DNA of 64,000 nucleotides from Candidatus Niyogibacteria bacterium CG10_big_fil_rev_8_21_14_0_10_46_36 (GTDB lineage: Bacteria; Patescibacteriota; Minisyncoccia; 1-14-0-10-42-19). Made by a program: the position numbers and the translations under genes. Position 1 is the stretch's first letter; each line of letters starts with the position of its first letter. This document shows positions 51,393 through 61,414 of the stretch, piece by piece. The notes under the pieces were generated by a model that worked only from the letters and a program-made list of their open reading frames with translations, made no database searches and was not told the origin of the DNA. Location of the stretch: positions 64,244-128,243 of the forward strand of contig PFCO01000001.1 of assembly GCA_002772995.1 (NCBI GenBank), read 5' to 3'.

Positions 51393-52139
51393 TTATATAA
51401 TACCGTCCCGTAAAGAAAATGCAATAGAGTCTTTCCGGGATGCATCAAGGCTCTCACAATACTTAGAATACGACATGCGGTGCAAATTGAATTCCCGGAT
51501 AACCTCATGCAGATAGAACGGGAGCTTGCCGTTGAATTTTACCTCCATAACGGTCTTGTCTTGCAGCACCGGAACAAAATCCTCTCCTTCATATATAAGC
51601 GAATTGTGTTTTCGTGCGCGTATGTTCCGGTCAAAGGTTATCCGCACATTTTCATTTAACGAGCCGACGAACGGTTCCCGCTCATACACAACCAGCACCT
51701 CAGGCGCAATAGACCGCAATAACTTCTCCGACAAGAATTCTTGGATAACGTTGTCTTTTTTTTCGGAAAGGGTGTCTTCTTCCCGGCCGGCGAATAGCGC
51801 ATACTCCTTTTTTGAAACATATATTCTATCTTTTAAGATAATAGCGTCATCTTTCCGCTTTATCTCAAAGAATATGTTCTCTGAGAAGACGCCGTTTTGC
51901 TTGTACGCCCGCCATCGTATCTTTTTTCGCTTTCTTACGCCGTCTTTTTTTTCATGGTAATAGAAATAGCGAGGACTATCATAATACAAGCTCCATATTT
52001 CATATGACCCGGTTTGTGATTCTGCAGCACGCGGATCACGAGACATAAATGGCTTAATGCGCTTCTTTATCAAAAATTCTTGCTGCGGAGAGAGCAGATA
52101 TTTAAATTCAAATCGCTGAAAATGAAGCTTGGGAAGCAT
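51393..52139 (-). CDS. VTC-domain (polyphosphate polymerase-like) protein
   Basis: RFEFKY, SLYYD, RKKIRWR, FEIKRK, YEREPF, RITFD, MEVKF, SKY. Confidence 0.9.
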   Translation of the reverse strand: MLPKLHFQRFEFKYLLSPQQEFLIKKRIKPFMSRDPRAAESQTGSYEIWSLYYDSPRYFYYHEKKDGVRKRKKIRWRAYKQNGVFSENIFFEIKRKDDAIILKDRIYVSKKEYALFAGREEDTLSEKKDNVIQEFLSEKLLRSIAPEVLVVYEREPFVGSLNENVRITFDRNIRARKHNSLIYEGEDFVPVLQDKTVMEVKFNGKLPFYLHEVIREFNLHRMSYSKYCESLDASRKDSIAFSLRDGII

Positions 52140-52144
52140 AATGG

Positions 52145-54844
52145 TTAAGGATTAAAGATGATGCTTGAATACTCATCGCTTTGCGTATCGATGCCGTTTT
52201 TTTGGAAGATATTGCCATGCAGCTCCGGCATGCCCCCGCCGAATATTTCTTTTTTGCGGTACGCATGCACTCCTATATTATTGCCCGTGATCTCATTGTT
52301 GCTAATAACCGGAGTAGAAAGGTCTTTTACTTCAATGCCGATATTGCAGCCGGTCAAGATATTGCTTGAAATACTATTGCCCTCTGACTTCTCTCCCACG
52401 CTAATGCACTTATCACCAGAGCGCGAGATGGTATTGTTGCGTATCACCAGGCCGCTTCCTGCCCCCGAAAGGTCAATGCCGTCATTTCCGTTCTCTACAA
52501 ATGTGTTCCCGGAAACAATGCCGTGCTTAATATAATCAAGATCAAGCGCATCTGCGCTATTGTGCTCAAATATATTGTTTATGATATCTACTGTCCCATA
52601 CTTCACATTGAGCCCGTCATCCGCATATGCTCCGGCAACAGCGTTATGAGAAAATACAACATCAGCATTATATACAGAAAGCATCCCCGAAAAAAATATC
52701 CCATTTATATTGGCCTCACTTCCGCCACGCATATCAACATATTCAAACACATTCTTAGCATCTCCAGTATTTGCAACCCCAAACACTCCCCAAGCCACGC
52801 CTTCCCGCAATGGACGGAAAGAAATACGCGCAAACTCGCTCCCGCGCGCTTCAACCGGACTATATGATACAAGCGAGGCTCCTTCCTGGAACAAAAGCGT
52901 CGCTCCGGGAGAGACGATAAATGTTGTCCCTACGGGTATCACGGTGATGCCGCTCATAATATGCGTGCCGGAAGAAAGTACAATACTCCCGTTCCGTAAG
53001 AAAAAACCGGCGCGCGAAGACACAAACTCCTGCGGAGACATTGCTATGTCCTTAAAATGATGGAAGGTTGTCTTATCTATGAATCGGGTTTCGGTAAAAT
53101 CAAATTCTTCATGCGTAATTAAGTTCACAAACAAAATATGAACATCCTGCCACGCAAAAGGCATACCTTGCCCAAATGGCTCAAATGTCACGAATATCGT
53201 TTTTGTATCCTTTTTCTCCGGCGATGGAGAAAAATGAAGCGGAATACCCGGAAAGACGACACTATTTTTGCCCGAAATAAATTCCTGGGACAGAAGCGCG
53301 TCTCCCGCATCATGTATGTTATTCTTGTTAGAATCTTCAAATACACGCGCGTTCCCTATTGCTTCTCCAGCAAAGGGAATAGTGAGTGTTTTAACCGCGC
53401 TATCTCCCAATCCCTCTACCGCTATATCTATTTGCAATTCATGCGCCAATGCATCAAGCGAGATAACCCCATTTGCTTGCGTGTCCTGTAGCTGGCCGCG
53501 GAGCAAAAAAAAGCTATCCTGAAAGTCGCTTCTGTTTTGTCTGACTTTAGCGTCAAATGTTCTATTACTATCGTATTTTGCAAAATCACGATAAAAATGG
53601 GGGCGTAAATCGTGATACACCTGATCGAAAAACGCAATGTCGTCTTCTATATTACGGTCATCAGACACATACGCCCAGAGTACTTCTTTTTGGCGAAAGG
53701 AAAATTCGGGATACGCAAGCACCCGATCCACCAGCTTATCATTGCATGCGACAAAATCATTGAACGAAGCACAGCCATCCTCCCCCAAAAAAGGCAAGCT
53801 GATATCCGAACTTATACCGACATCCCAGGGTATAGTCTCAAATTTTCCGCTGCTTGGGTTAGCATACAAACGAACATTCCCGCTTTGACTTTGATGTTTA
53901 CTCCCCGCAAGAAGCGACATGGCGTTCCACGCATAAAATTTTTCCAAATCAAGTATATTGCCGATGTCACGCTGGAATGCGTCGTCAGGCTCTTTTAAAA
54001 CCCACAACAGCGTATCAAGGTCAGCCCTATTCTCAAAATTAAACCGCCCATCATCTGTCTGCTTGTCCCAAAAGGAGATACCATCATACGCAGAAAGGCC
54101 ATCTCCTTCGGAGAGAGATATGTCTTCGGTAATATACAAATTAGCATCGGACGGCAATTCGGAGCGTTCCAAGAATTCTTTTGACCAGTCTTCTATCTGG
54201 TAGTACACTCCCATATCTTTTCCGTTAACACGCAATGTCACATATTTTGCGTCGGGCACAGCAAGGCCAAACTTCTGGGCGCGGTAATCATTCAAGTATT
54301 TTACAAAATACTCGCGGTCGCTTGGAATGATTAATTTTATCACCTCTATACCTCCAAACAAATCTTCTTTTTTAAAATCTACTTGCCAAGATCGTTTTGT
54401 GCGCACCCAATGGTTCGGGTTATCGCCGCGATATCTGACTTTTACCTCATGCTCTCTTCCATTAAAAAAGAAACGCGCCGGCACTTCTTTTTTGAATTCA
54501 TCGCTCAGCCACGCTTCCCCCCGGAGCACCGCATCAGAAAACGGATCCGGAAGATTTGCGTTGAGCGCGCGGAGGTCCTCGCTATCAATTTCAAGGTCGT
54601 ACGAAAGAATATCTGCGCCTCCAAACATATATGGAATATATGCGAGGTTCGAGATATTTACCCCAAGCTCACGGAGCCCCCGATATGTCGGCAATATTTT
54701 TTTTACCAACGGATTAAACACAAGCGCATTTTTGTTCTGCTGCAGAAACACAAGGAGAAAAAACGCATCCACAACAAAAAACCCCGCTATGAGAGCAAAG
54801 AGCGCATATCGCATATATCTTTTTCTTCGGGGCGAAAAAAGCAT
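52145..54844 (-). CDS. CotH-family kinase fused to a right-handed parallel beta-helix
   Basis: N-terminal TM, VKVRYRG...KRSW, VNGKDMGVY..IE, IPWD; C-terminal DGLN/DALD/DGID/DKCISVGE repeats. Confidence 0.85.
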   Translation of the reverse strand: MLFSPRRKRYMRYALFALIAGFFVVDAFFLLVFLQQNKNALVFNPLVKKILPTYRGLRELGVNISNLAYIPYMFGGADILSYDLEIDSEDLRALNANLPDPFSDAVLRGEAWLSDEFKKEVPARFFFNGREHEVKVRYRGDNPNHWVRTKRSWQVDFKKEDLFGGIEVIKLIIPSDREYFVKYLNDYRAQKFGLAVPDAKYVTLRVNGKDMGVYYQIEDWSKEFLERSELPSDANLYITEDISLSEGDGLSAYDGISFWDKQTDDGRFNFENRADLDTLLWVLKEPDDAFQRDIGNILDLEKFYAWNAMSLLAGSKHQSQSGNVRLYANPSSGKFETIPWDVGISSDISLPFLGEDGCASFNDFVACNDKLVDRVLAYPEFSFRQKEVLWAYVSDDRNIEDDIAFFDQVYHDLRPHFYRDFAKYDSNRTFDAKVRQNRSDFQDSFFLLRGQLQDTQANGVISLDALAHELQIDIAVEGLGDSAVKTLTIPFAGEAIGNARVFEDSNKNNIHDAGDALLSQEFISGKNSVVFPGIPLHFSPSPEKKDTKTIFVTFEPFGQGMPFAWQDVHILFVNLITHEEFDFTETRFIDKTTFHHFKDIAMSPQEFVSSRAGFFLRNGSIVLSSGTHIMSGITVIPVGTTFIVSPGATLLFQEGASLVSYSPVEARGSEFARISFRPLREGVAWGVFGVANTGDAKNVFEYVDMRGGSEANINGIFFSGMLSVYNADVVFSHNAVAGAYADDGLNVKYGTVDIINNIFEHNSADALDLDYIKHGIVSGNTFVENGNDGIDLSGAGSGLVIRNNTISRSGDKCISVGEKSEGNSISSNILTGCNIGIEVKDLSTPVISNNEITGNNIGVHAYRKKEIFGGGMPELHGNIFQKNGIDTQSDEYSSIIFNP

Positions 54845-54851
54845 ATATAGC

Positions 54852-55844
54852 TTAATAACGGATACGGAATAATCTTCTTAGTAACTTTGTCTTTCGGGAA
54901 TAAAATAACGCGTAGTATAAAAACAGACGGAAACGGGAAAGTTGCCTTTGGAGAACGAGTGGGGGCATGCTTACTAATACATCCAGCTCCTCCGGAGCCG
55001 GAATATTCGCCTTTTCGGCGACAATACGGATGTGATGAACCGACAACCCTGACTTAAGTTGATGCGTCCATTCGCTTCTGTTTTTATATTCGTCATTGTC
55101 TTCATACAAAACACGGAACCCCGCCATTTGCAACATAAGACGGAGCGACTCAGGAGTGAACATAAAGGCATGGTCTATCTGAATTGCGGAGACAAGGGAG
55201 CCGCCCCGGCGGGCTTGCGCTCGGAAATTTTTTACCGACAAAATAAGTCGCCCGCCGGGCTCCAGCACACTATGTGCCCAGATAAAAAACCCCTTCGGAT
55301 CAAGCAAATGATTGAGTGTATGAAAACACAAAATATGGGATACGCCTTGCATTTTTTCTTTGGGAAAATCCTCAAAAAGACAATTATATGTTTTAATCCC
55401 CCGGATATTTGCGAATTCCGCATGCGCTTTTGATGGCTCAATGCCCACAAGTTCTAATTTGGGAAATATATTCTTAAACCCCTGAAGCGCGCCCCCGCTA
55501 TTCGAACCTACATCTATCGTTACGCCTTCCGTATGTACATATGTTGAGAGTGCGCGCGCAAGCGCTTCTCCAAAACGCACACTCATCTGAAATCCGTCTT
55601 CAAGAGATTGTTCCTCTTTCTCGCCTTTCGCGTGCGCCCTATCTTCTCTATAAAAGGATCTGTAGTATTCGTCGTATGCCTCTTTCGTCATGCGTGGATT
55701 TAAATATATCAATCCACAGCGCTTACAAAGACATGTTTGTGCTGCATGGCCATTAGAAGCGCTTCTTGCCAAAATAAAAAAATTATCTCCTCCGCACAGA
55801 TTGCACACTATATGTTCTTTTGGCATGTCTTGATACTGAAACAT
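54852..55844 (-). CDS. Class I SAM methyltransferase with an N-terminal zinc ribbon
   Basis: CNLC..CKRCGL, IDVGSNSG, GIEPS, HTLNH, PGG. Confidence 0.85.
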   Translation of the reverse strand: MFQYQDMPKEHIVCNLCGGDNFFILARSASNGHAAQTCLCKRCGLIYLNPRMTKEAYDEYYRSFYREDRAHAKGEKEEQSLEDGFQMSVRFGEALARALSTYVHTEGVTIDVGSNSGGALQGFKNIFPKLELVGIEPSKAHAEFANIRGIKTYNCLFEDFPKEKMQGVSHILCFHTLNHLLDPKGFFIWAHSVLEPGGRLILSVKNFRAQARRGGSLVSAIQIDHAFMFTPESLRLMLQMAGFRVLYEDNDEYKNRSEWTHQLKSGLSVHHIRIVAEKANIPAPEELDVLVSMPPLVLQRQLSRFRLFLYYALFYSRKTKLLRRLFRIRY

Positions 55845-55853
55845 AAAGCAACG

Positions 55854-56669
55854 CTACTTAAAGCATATTAAAAAATAACCGTGCGAAAAGAACTTATTCG
55901 TTTTCATGGGTTCCTTCGTCCACAAACGGCGGAACCGTAATATCGCCCGATACAGCATAGTTATCGGCCGTTCACATATATAAGGTATCGGCGTCCATAT
56001 GGGGAATGGATTTGCATAAAAATACGAGCACTTCGCAAACCCTGCGGACTGCGCCGCAGTAACATACTGTTTGGGAGTATCGGTATTCCGATAATAATCT
56101 TTCTGCAGTTTCTTTTTTGGCAAAAACGGGCGCAATAAAAACTTGTATACATCATTCAGCGCTTGCAAAGAAAATTTGCGCGGCAAAATAAGTGTCACCA
56201 ACATGCCACCCGGTTTCATAATACGATAAGCCTCCATCAGCACTTTATGGTAATCGGGCACATGCTCTAAAAGCCCTATGGATGTAACAACATCATACGT
56301 GTCTTCAGCAAGGCCGGTATCTGCCGCATCCGCAACAACAAACTCTCCCGCCCCCTCAAACACATGAAAATTCCTTCGGGCAAGCCCAATGGCATCCGTG
56401 GAACTATCAAGAAGCGTTACCTGCATGCGGTCATACGCGTGAAGAAATAACGCAAGCGTCCCTCTGCCGCATCCTATCTCTAACGCTGTGCGATACCCTT
56501 TTCCTTTGACAATCTTATGAATGAGCTGATAGTAATTATATAAATTAAATTGTCGCTGTGTGCGCGGATGTTCCCCAGGCGGCACGAAAAGAGTCCATTC
56601 CATCCCGGACTCTCTTTTCCCTGAAATATCTTTCCATTTGTCTATGAATTCTTTATTGGGGTATTCCAT
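55854..56669 (-). CDS. Class I SAM methyltransferase
   Basis: LEIGCGRG, LLEHV, MKPGG. Confidence 0.88.
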   Translation of the reverse strand: MEYPNKEFIDKWKDISGKRESGMEWTLFVPPGEHPRTQRQFNLYNYYQLIHKIVKGKGYRTALEIGCGRGTLALFLHAYDRMQVTLLDSSTDAIGLARRNFHVFEGAGEFVVADAADTGLAEDTYDVVTSIGLLEHVPDYHKVLMEAYRIMKPGGMLVTLILPRKFSLQALNDVYKFLLRPFLPKKKLQKDYYRNTDTPKQYVTAAQSAGFAKCSYFYANPFPIWTPIPYICERPITMLYRAILRFRRLWTKEPMKTNKFFSHGYFLICFK

Positions 56670-56676
56670 AATATCT

Positions 56677-58053
56677 CTATTCTTGGCGCATGGCGGAAAA
56701 TATCACATCCGCTATCCGCTCCGCGGCTTTCCCATCAAAACGCCAGCATTGTTCATCGCGCAACCGTAGTCTGCTCTCGTGATCACACTCCGGATGCGAG
56801 AAATACACATTAATCCACTCTATCAATTCATCAGCAGTAGAAACCATGCGGATGCCACCCGTGCGCAACGCCTTTTGATAATGTTCTGTTTCGTAAAAAC
56901 TCGTTGGTCTTTGAGAAAGCGGGATGTTTTTCCTCATCTCAAAATTAATGTTGATTATAGGCTTATCGAGCATCGCCGCATCAAGTATGAGCGTTGATCC
57001 ATAACTTACAAACACATCAGCGTGCGCCACCGTATCCAATAAATGCTGAAGGTCATCTTGGGTCATGTCCCAATCCAATCCGAATCCTCGTTTTTTGGTA
57101 AAACGCACTCCCGGGACATCAAAAATAATGGAGGGGCGTTTTTTGGCCTCGTTTTCGTCTATAAAATCATTCGGAGGGTAGCGTACCAAAACAACGGCGC
57201 TATGCTTTATTTTTCCATCTCTCATACATGATTGCAACAAATCAAGGATGTCCCAATCAGATGCGCTATTTGAGCGGCCCAGGGGAGCATATACCAAAAT
57301 TTTTTTATCGGGCTCAACACCAAGCCGCTTTGTAAATTCGGCACGAGTAGACGGCGTTCCATACGCATAATAGTCAAACGGAAGCGCCCCCACAACAATA
57401 ATGTTTTTTTCATCTATATCTGCGTGCCGTAATGCCTCTTTTTTCTGTATCTCATTAAACACGAGAAGTATATCGGGGAGCAAGCGCATGATTGCACGCC
57501 CCGTTAACTTGTCCCACGAATTTACGATGCCGATTGAACGCACTCCCCTTTTCTTTGCCTCACGCAGCATGCTTGTCTCTATTTCTCCGAATAGATGCGC
57601 CGTCACGATGAGCTGGGGCGAATACCTGTCAAAATATTGAGAAAAGGCATTGTCACGTATGCAATAATAATCAAAAAAGCGGACCACCCTCCTGCAGAGT
57701 CTATTCGCACATGCCCTCGTTAGAATATAACTTGCGACGTACCCGAAGATGCTGCCACCCATATCACGCGCTCTTTTGCGCCGCAAATCAATGGTTGATG
57801 TGCGGAGTAAGCGGAATTTTAGATATTCAAATATTTCACTCCCCCGGGGTCGTTTGTACGCACCGAACACCTCATATAGTACTTGCGGATGAGAAAATTC
57901 TTTTTTATAATATTCCGCCTTTGCTTCACTCGCGACAAAAAAAACAATTCTGATATCCGTATCAGAAAGTAAAAGCTGATATAAGCGGGTCCGCAAAATA
58001 TTTTTTGCTTCTGCTCCTTGCAATATAGGGATAAAAACAATCTTATTGCTCAT
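56677..58053 (-). CDS. GT-B fold protein, CDP-glycerol phosphotransferase (TagF)-like
   Basis: NSWDKL, HADV...STLILDAA..DKP, DGKAAERI. Confidence 0.7.
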   Translation of the reverse strand: MSNKIVFIPILQGAEAKNILRTRLYQLLLSDTDIRIVFFVASEAKAEYYKKEFSHPQVLYEVFGAYKRPRGSEIFEYLKFRLLRTSTIDLRRKRARDMGGSIFGYVASYILTRACANRLCRRVVRFFDYYCIRDNAFSQYFDRYSPQLIVTAHLFGEIETSMLREAKKRGVRSIGIVNSWDKLTGRAIMRLLPDILLVFNEIQKKEALRHADIDEKNIIVVGALPFDYYAYGTPSTRAEFTKRLGVEPDKKILVYAPLGRSNSASDWDILDLLQSCMRDGKIKHSAVVLVRYPPNDFIDENEAKKRPSIIFDVPGVRFTKKRGFGLDWDMTQDDLQHLLDTVAHADVFVSYGSTLILDAAMLDKPIININFEMRKNIPLSQRPTSFYETEHYQKALRTGGIRMVSTADELIEWINVYFSHPECDHESRLRLRDEQCWRFDGKAAERIADVIFSAMRQE

Positions 58054-58142
58054 AACGCACGGTTCTCCATGGTAATCATCATTATTGCATAAATCAGCTA
58101 CCTAGAATACTATATAAAAGTTGTTATCATTCTTACACATCC

Positions 58143-58346
58143 ATGCGCGACAGCCATACGCGAAGTGTTTTAAAAGGAATAACGTATCGTATTTTTGCGA
58201 CAATAACTACCGCGCTGTTTGTTTTTTTTATTACAAAAAACATAAAGCTTTCATTGAGTGTTGGCATTTTTGAAATAGCCGCAAAAATTTTACTCTTTTA
58301 TTCACACGAACGGGTATGGCATGGTATTCGTTGGGGTAAGTTTTAG
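58143..58346 (+). CDS. DUF2061-family small membrane protein
   Basis: RSVLKGITYRI...YSHERVWHGIRWG. Confidence 0.85.
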   Translation: MRDSHTRSVLKGITYRIFATITTALFVFFITKNIKLSLSVGIFEIAAKILLFYSHERVWHGIRWGKF

Positions 58347-59770
58347 ATATCTTCTTTGTTCTTGCCCATGCGAATATCAGAAAAAGCATGGAACCCGTTT
58401 TCAAGCAGCTGCAATATGGCGGATGCGACCCGCGCATGCGCTTTACCGTCGTGCTTGCCACATTGACTTTCTAAAAATGCTTTGCGCTCTTCTCTATGCA
58501 AAGCAGGGGTTGCAAGATATGTATTTATCCATGCAATCAACGCTTCCCGCGAAGGAGCTTTTTTGCAGCCCGTATGCCTAAATAAATATTGATAATGATG
58601 GTATTCACCAAAATGGCGAACACTCCGAAAATATGGCGCTCCCTCCCCCCCGTCAAAATCAGGATAAACAACCGGACGATCAAATGCCGCCATATCAATA
58701 CACAATGAGGACCCCGCATTCACTAGTACATCTGCGTAAAACAAAGAATCGGCAAGATGAACCATGTCACCCCTTCCCATCTCATTATCCTTTCTTTTTC
58801 CACTCTGAAATGCTGTTCCGGGCTTATCAAAAAATATCTTCACTTTTTCTGAAAGGCGAAGCGCATCTTTATTAAAATCATCCCCTGGAGGAATCCGAAC
58901 CAAAAGCTGGGGATGTCCGTGAATCTCCCCCGAAAGAATGGCGTCATGCAGCAACTGAAGCATTTGCCAATCGGTTTCTATAAATTTACTCCCCATGGGT
59001 GCAAACATAATCATTCGCCGCTCTGAATCAAATCCAAGCTTTTCAAAAAATGTCTTTCTCCCCGTGGGCTTATATCCGATATAGTAATCAAACTGCGGCA
59101 TGCCGACTGCAGCAATGTCTTTAAAACGCACCTTGTGGAGCCCCACGAGCTCATTTCTTATAAAATCATTATTTGTTAAAAAATGATCCGCAGCTACGGG
59201 AATTAATGATTTGTTCGTAAGATTGTCCCACGAACGGACCATCCCGAGTGTTTTTATGCCGTGCCGTTTTGCCTCCACAAGCATACGAATGTCATCCCAA
59301 TCAAGCATGTCCGTAGAGAATATCAGGTCCGGTTGATACGCTTGAAAAAAACCGCCAAAAATATTTTGGTCATAGAATGATGAAAAAATATTACGGAACA
59401 ATACGGGCGTGTAGTGCAGACGCGCTATAGTATGGTATAAAAAACGGGAAAGAGCGTATGGTATCCTTTTTTTCTCACGCCAATATTTCGCCCTGCTCTT
59501 AAGAGACATGGTGGATGTGGGTAAAAGCAACGCCCCGGCCGTCCGGAGAATCTGCTCTCTCCGAGAAAGAGGGACCTCGGGAATGCCTACAACAATAATC
59601 CCATCTTTTTCAAATTCGCGTTTGAAAAAATCTTTCTTTCGCTGCGGACAAAAAATAACAATATTTACTTTACCATGCAAAAACTCCAGCACTCCCGAAC
59701 GAAGGATATTCCGGGATATAAGCGTATGGAAACTTGAAATAACAATGGTCTTTTTCTGTTCCTTTTGCAT
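58343..59770 (-). CDS. GT-B fold protein, TagF-like; paralog of 56677-58053
   Basis: RSWDNL, GMPQFD, YADV...SSLCIDMA..DRP, DGKAHARV. Confidence 0.7.
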   Translation of the reverse strand: MQKEQKKTIVISSFHTLISRNILRSGVLEFLHGKVNIVIFCPQRKKDFFKREFEKDGIIVVGIPEVPLSRREQILRTAGALLLPTSTMSLKSRAKYWREKKRIPYALSRFLYHTIARLHYTPVLFRNIFSSFYDQNIFGGFFQAYQPDLIFSTDMLDWDDIRMLVEAKRHGIKTLGMVRSWDNLTNKSLIPVAADHFLTNNDFIRNELVGLHKVRFKDIAAVGMPQFDYYIGYKPTGRKTFFEKLGFDSERRMIMFAPMGSKFIETDWQMLQLLHDAILSGEIHGHPQLLVRIPPGDDFNKDALRLSEKVKIFFDKPGTAFQSGKRKDNEMGRGDMVHLADSLFYADVLVNAGSSLCIDMAAFDRPVVYPDFDGGEGAPYFRSVRHFGEYHHYQYLFRHTGCKKAPSREALIAWINTYLATPALHREERKAFLESQCGKHDGKAHARVASAILQLLENGFHAFSDIRMGKNKEDI

Positions 59771-59828
59771 GATAATTACCCCATATTCTCCCGTAAAATA
59801 AGCATTTCGTCAACCTCTCATTACATAT

Positions 59829-59862
59829 ATAAAAAAGCCCTCGGATAACCCGAGAGCTTTTA
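59829..59862 (-). terminator. Terminator after the aldehyde dehydrogenase
   Basis: AAAGCCCTCGG-ATAAC-CCGAGAGCTTT with a minus-strand T tract. Confidence 0.7.
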
Positions 59863-59864
59863 TT

Positions 59865-61310
59865 TTAGACTGTATCTGGAAAGTATTTTATGTACACGCC
59901 CTTAGTTTCTGTGTACACATCAAGCGCTTCGGTGCCCGGTTCGCGGAAACCGTTCCCCGAAACACCCACTCCGCCGAATGGCATGTTTGGCTCGCTGCCA
60001 TATGTAGGACCATTTACCGACACAATACCGCTTCTGCAATCTCGGATAAAGCACTGGATGGCATCCGAGTGCTTGGTATGGATAGCAGCAGTGAGTCCGT
60101 ACGGGGTTCCGTTAACCATTTCGATCATTTCTCTAAATGTATCGAATACATGGATAGAAACAATAGGCCCGAATAATTCATTCTGCGCAAGCAGGGATGT
60201 ATGAAATTCATCATCTATAATAGTTGGCGCCATAAAATATCCGGGTCGCCCCACTCTATAGCCACCTGCTAAAAATGCGATACGCCCCCTCTTCTTCGCA
60301 TCTTCACATTGCGTCAGCATCGCCATAAGTTGTTTTTCGCTGACAACCGGACCGAGATCGTCTTCATCAGCATTACCGAGCCGCAACACATTCGTTCGTG
60401 CAACTAGTTTTTCTTTGAATACATTCGCTATACTGACATCAACAAGAATACGCGAACCCGCAGCACAGCGCTGTCCCGCATTGCTAAATGCAGAAAGCAG
60501 AGCGCACTCGACCGCCCAATCTATGTCTGCGTCTGCGCATACAACAAGCGGGTTTTTCCCACCGAGTTCCAAAGACACTTTCACCGGACGCTCCGAAACT
60601 ATTCTACGTACTGCAAATCCAGTGCGGGCGGAACCGGTAAAACTAACGAGATCAATATCCTGCTCGATAAGAGCACGCCCAGCTTGTCCATCCCCCTGCA
60701 ATACAGAAAACACGCCCGGAGGAAGACCCGCTTCCGCGAGCATCTCCGCAAACATTATCGTCGTATACGGCGTGTATTCGGACGGTTTTATAACAGCGGT
60801 ATTCCCACAAAGAAGCGCAGGAAACATCTTCCATGCTGTGTTCGCAATGGGCGTATTAAATGAGGTGATAAGAGCACATACGCCAACCGGTTCACGAACC
60901 GTATATGCAAATCTGTCTTTCATCCCGCTCGTCATGGTGCGCCCATAGAAACGCTCGCCTTCGCTCGCCCAAAAATACCCCATACGGATAGCCCCGCTCA
61001 CTTCACCAAGCGCGTCTTTCATGGATTTTCCTGTTTCTATGTGGACGATGCGCGCGATATTGTTCTTATTGCGTTCCATTATCTGTGTTGCTTTGAGAAG
61101 TATAGAGGCCCGTTCTAAAATGGGAGTTTTGCGCCATGAAAAAAATTCATTCCTCGCAGAATCTACAAGAGTAGCGGCATCCTCCTCCGTCCCCTGGTGT
61201 ATCTTAGCTATACTTTTCCCGCTACAGGGATCAAATTTTTCTATACATCCATTCAAGGCCCCCACCCATAACCCTCCGTGCCAATGGCCAATCGTATCGG
61301 GATATCTCAT
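59865..61310 (-). CDS. Aldehyde dehydrogenase family protein
   Basis: FN, KPSE, FTGS, LELGGKNP, GQRC, ELFGP, PFGG. Confidence 0.95.
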   Translation of the reverse strand: MRYPDTIGHWHGGLWVGALNGCIEKFDPCSGKSIAKIHQGTEEDAATLVDSARNEFFSWRKTPILERASILLKATQIMERNKNNIARIVHIETGKSMKDALGEVSGAIRMGYFWASEGERFYGRTMTSGMKDRFAYTVREPVGVCALITSFNTPIANTAWKMFPALLCGNTAVIKPSEYTPYTTIMFAEMLAEAGLPPGVFSVLQGDGQAGRALIEQDIDLVSFTGSARTGFAVRRIVSERPVKVSLELGGKNPLVVCADADIDWAVECALLSAFSNAGQRCAAGSRILVDVSIANVFKEKLVARTNVLRLGNADEDDLGPVVSEKQLMAMLTQCEDAKKRGRIAFLAGGYRVGRPGYFMAPTIIDDEFHTSLLAQNELFGPIVSIHVFDTFREMIEMVNGTPYGLTAAIHTKHSDAIQCFIRDCRSGIVSVNGPTYGSEPNMPFGGVGVSGNGFREPGTEALDVYTETKGVYIKYFPDTV

Positions 61311-61380
61311 GAGTGCATACCCTCCTTATCAATGTTCAATTGTGCATACCGTACAAGAAATCCGACAAAAAATCAATATA

Positions 61381-61411
61381 TAAAAAGCTCCGGAGTTTCT
61401 TCCGGAGCTTT
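61381..61411 (-). terminator. Terminator after the transketolase
   Basis: AAAGCTCCGGAG-TTTC-TTCCGGAGCTTT. Confidence 0.7.
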
Positions 61412-61414
61412 GCG

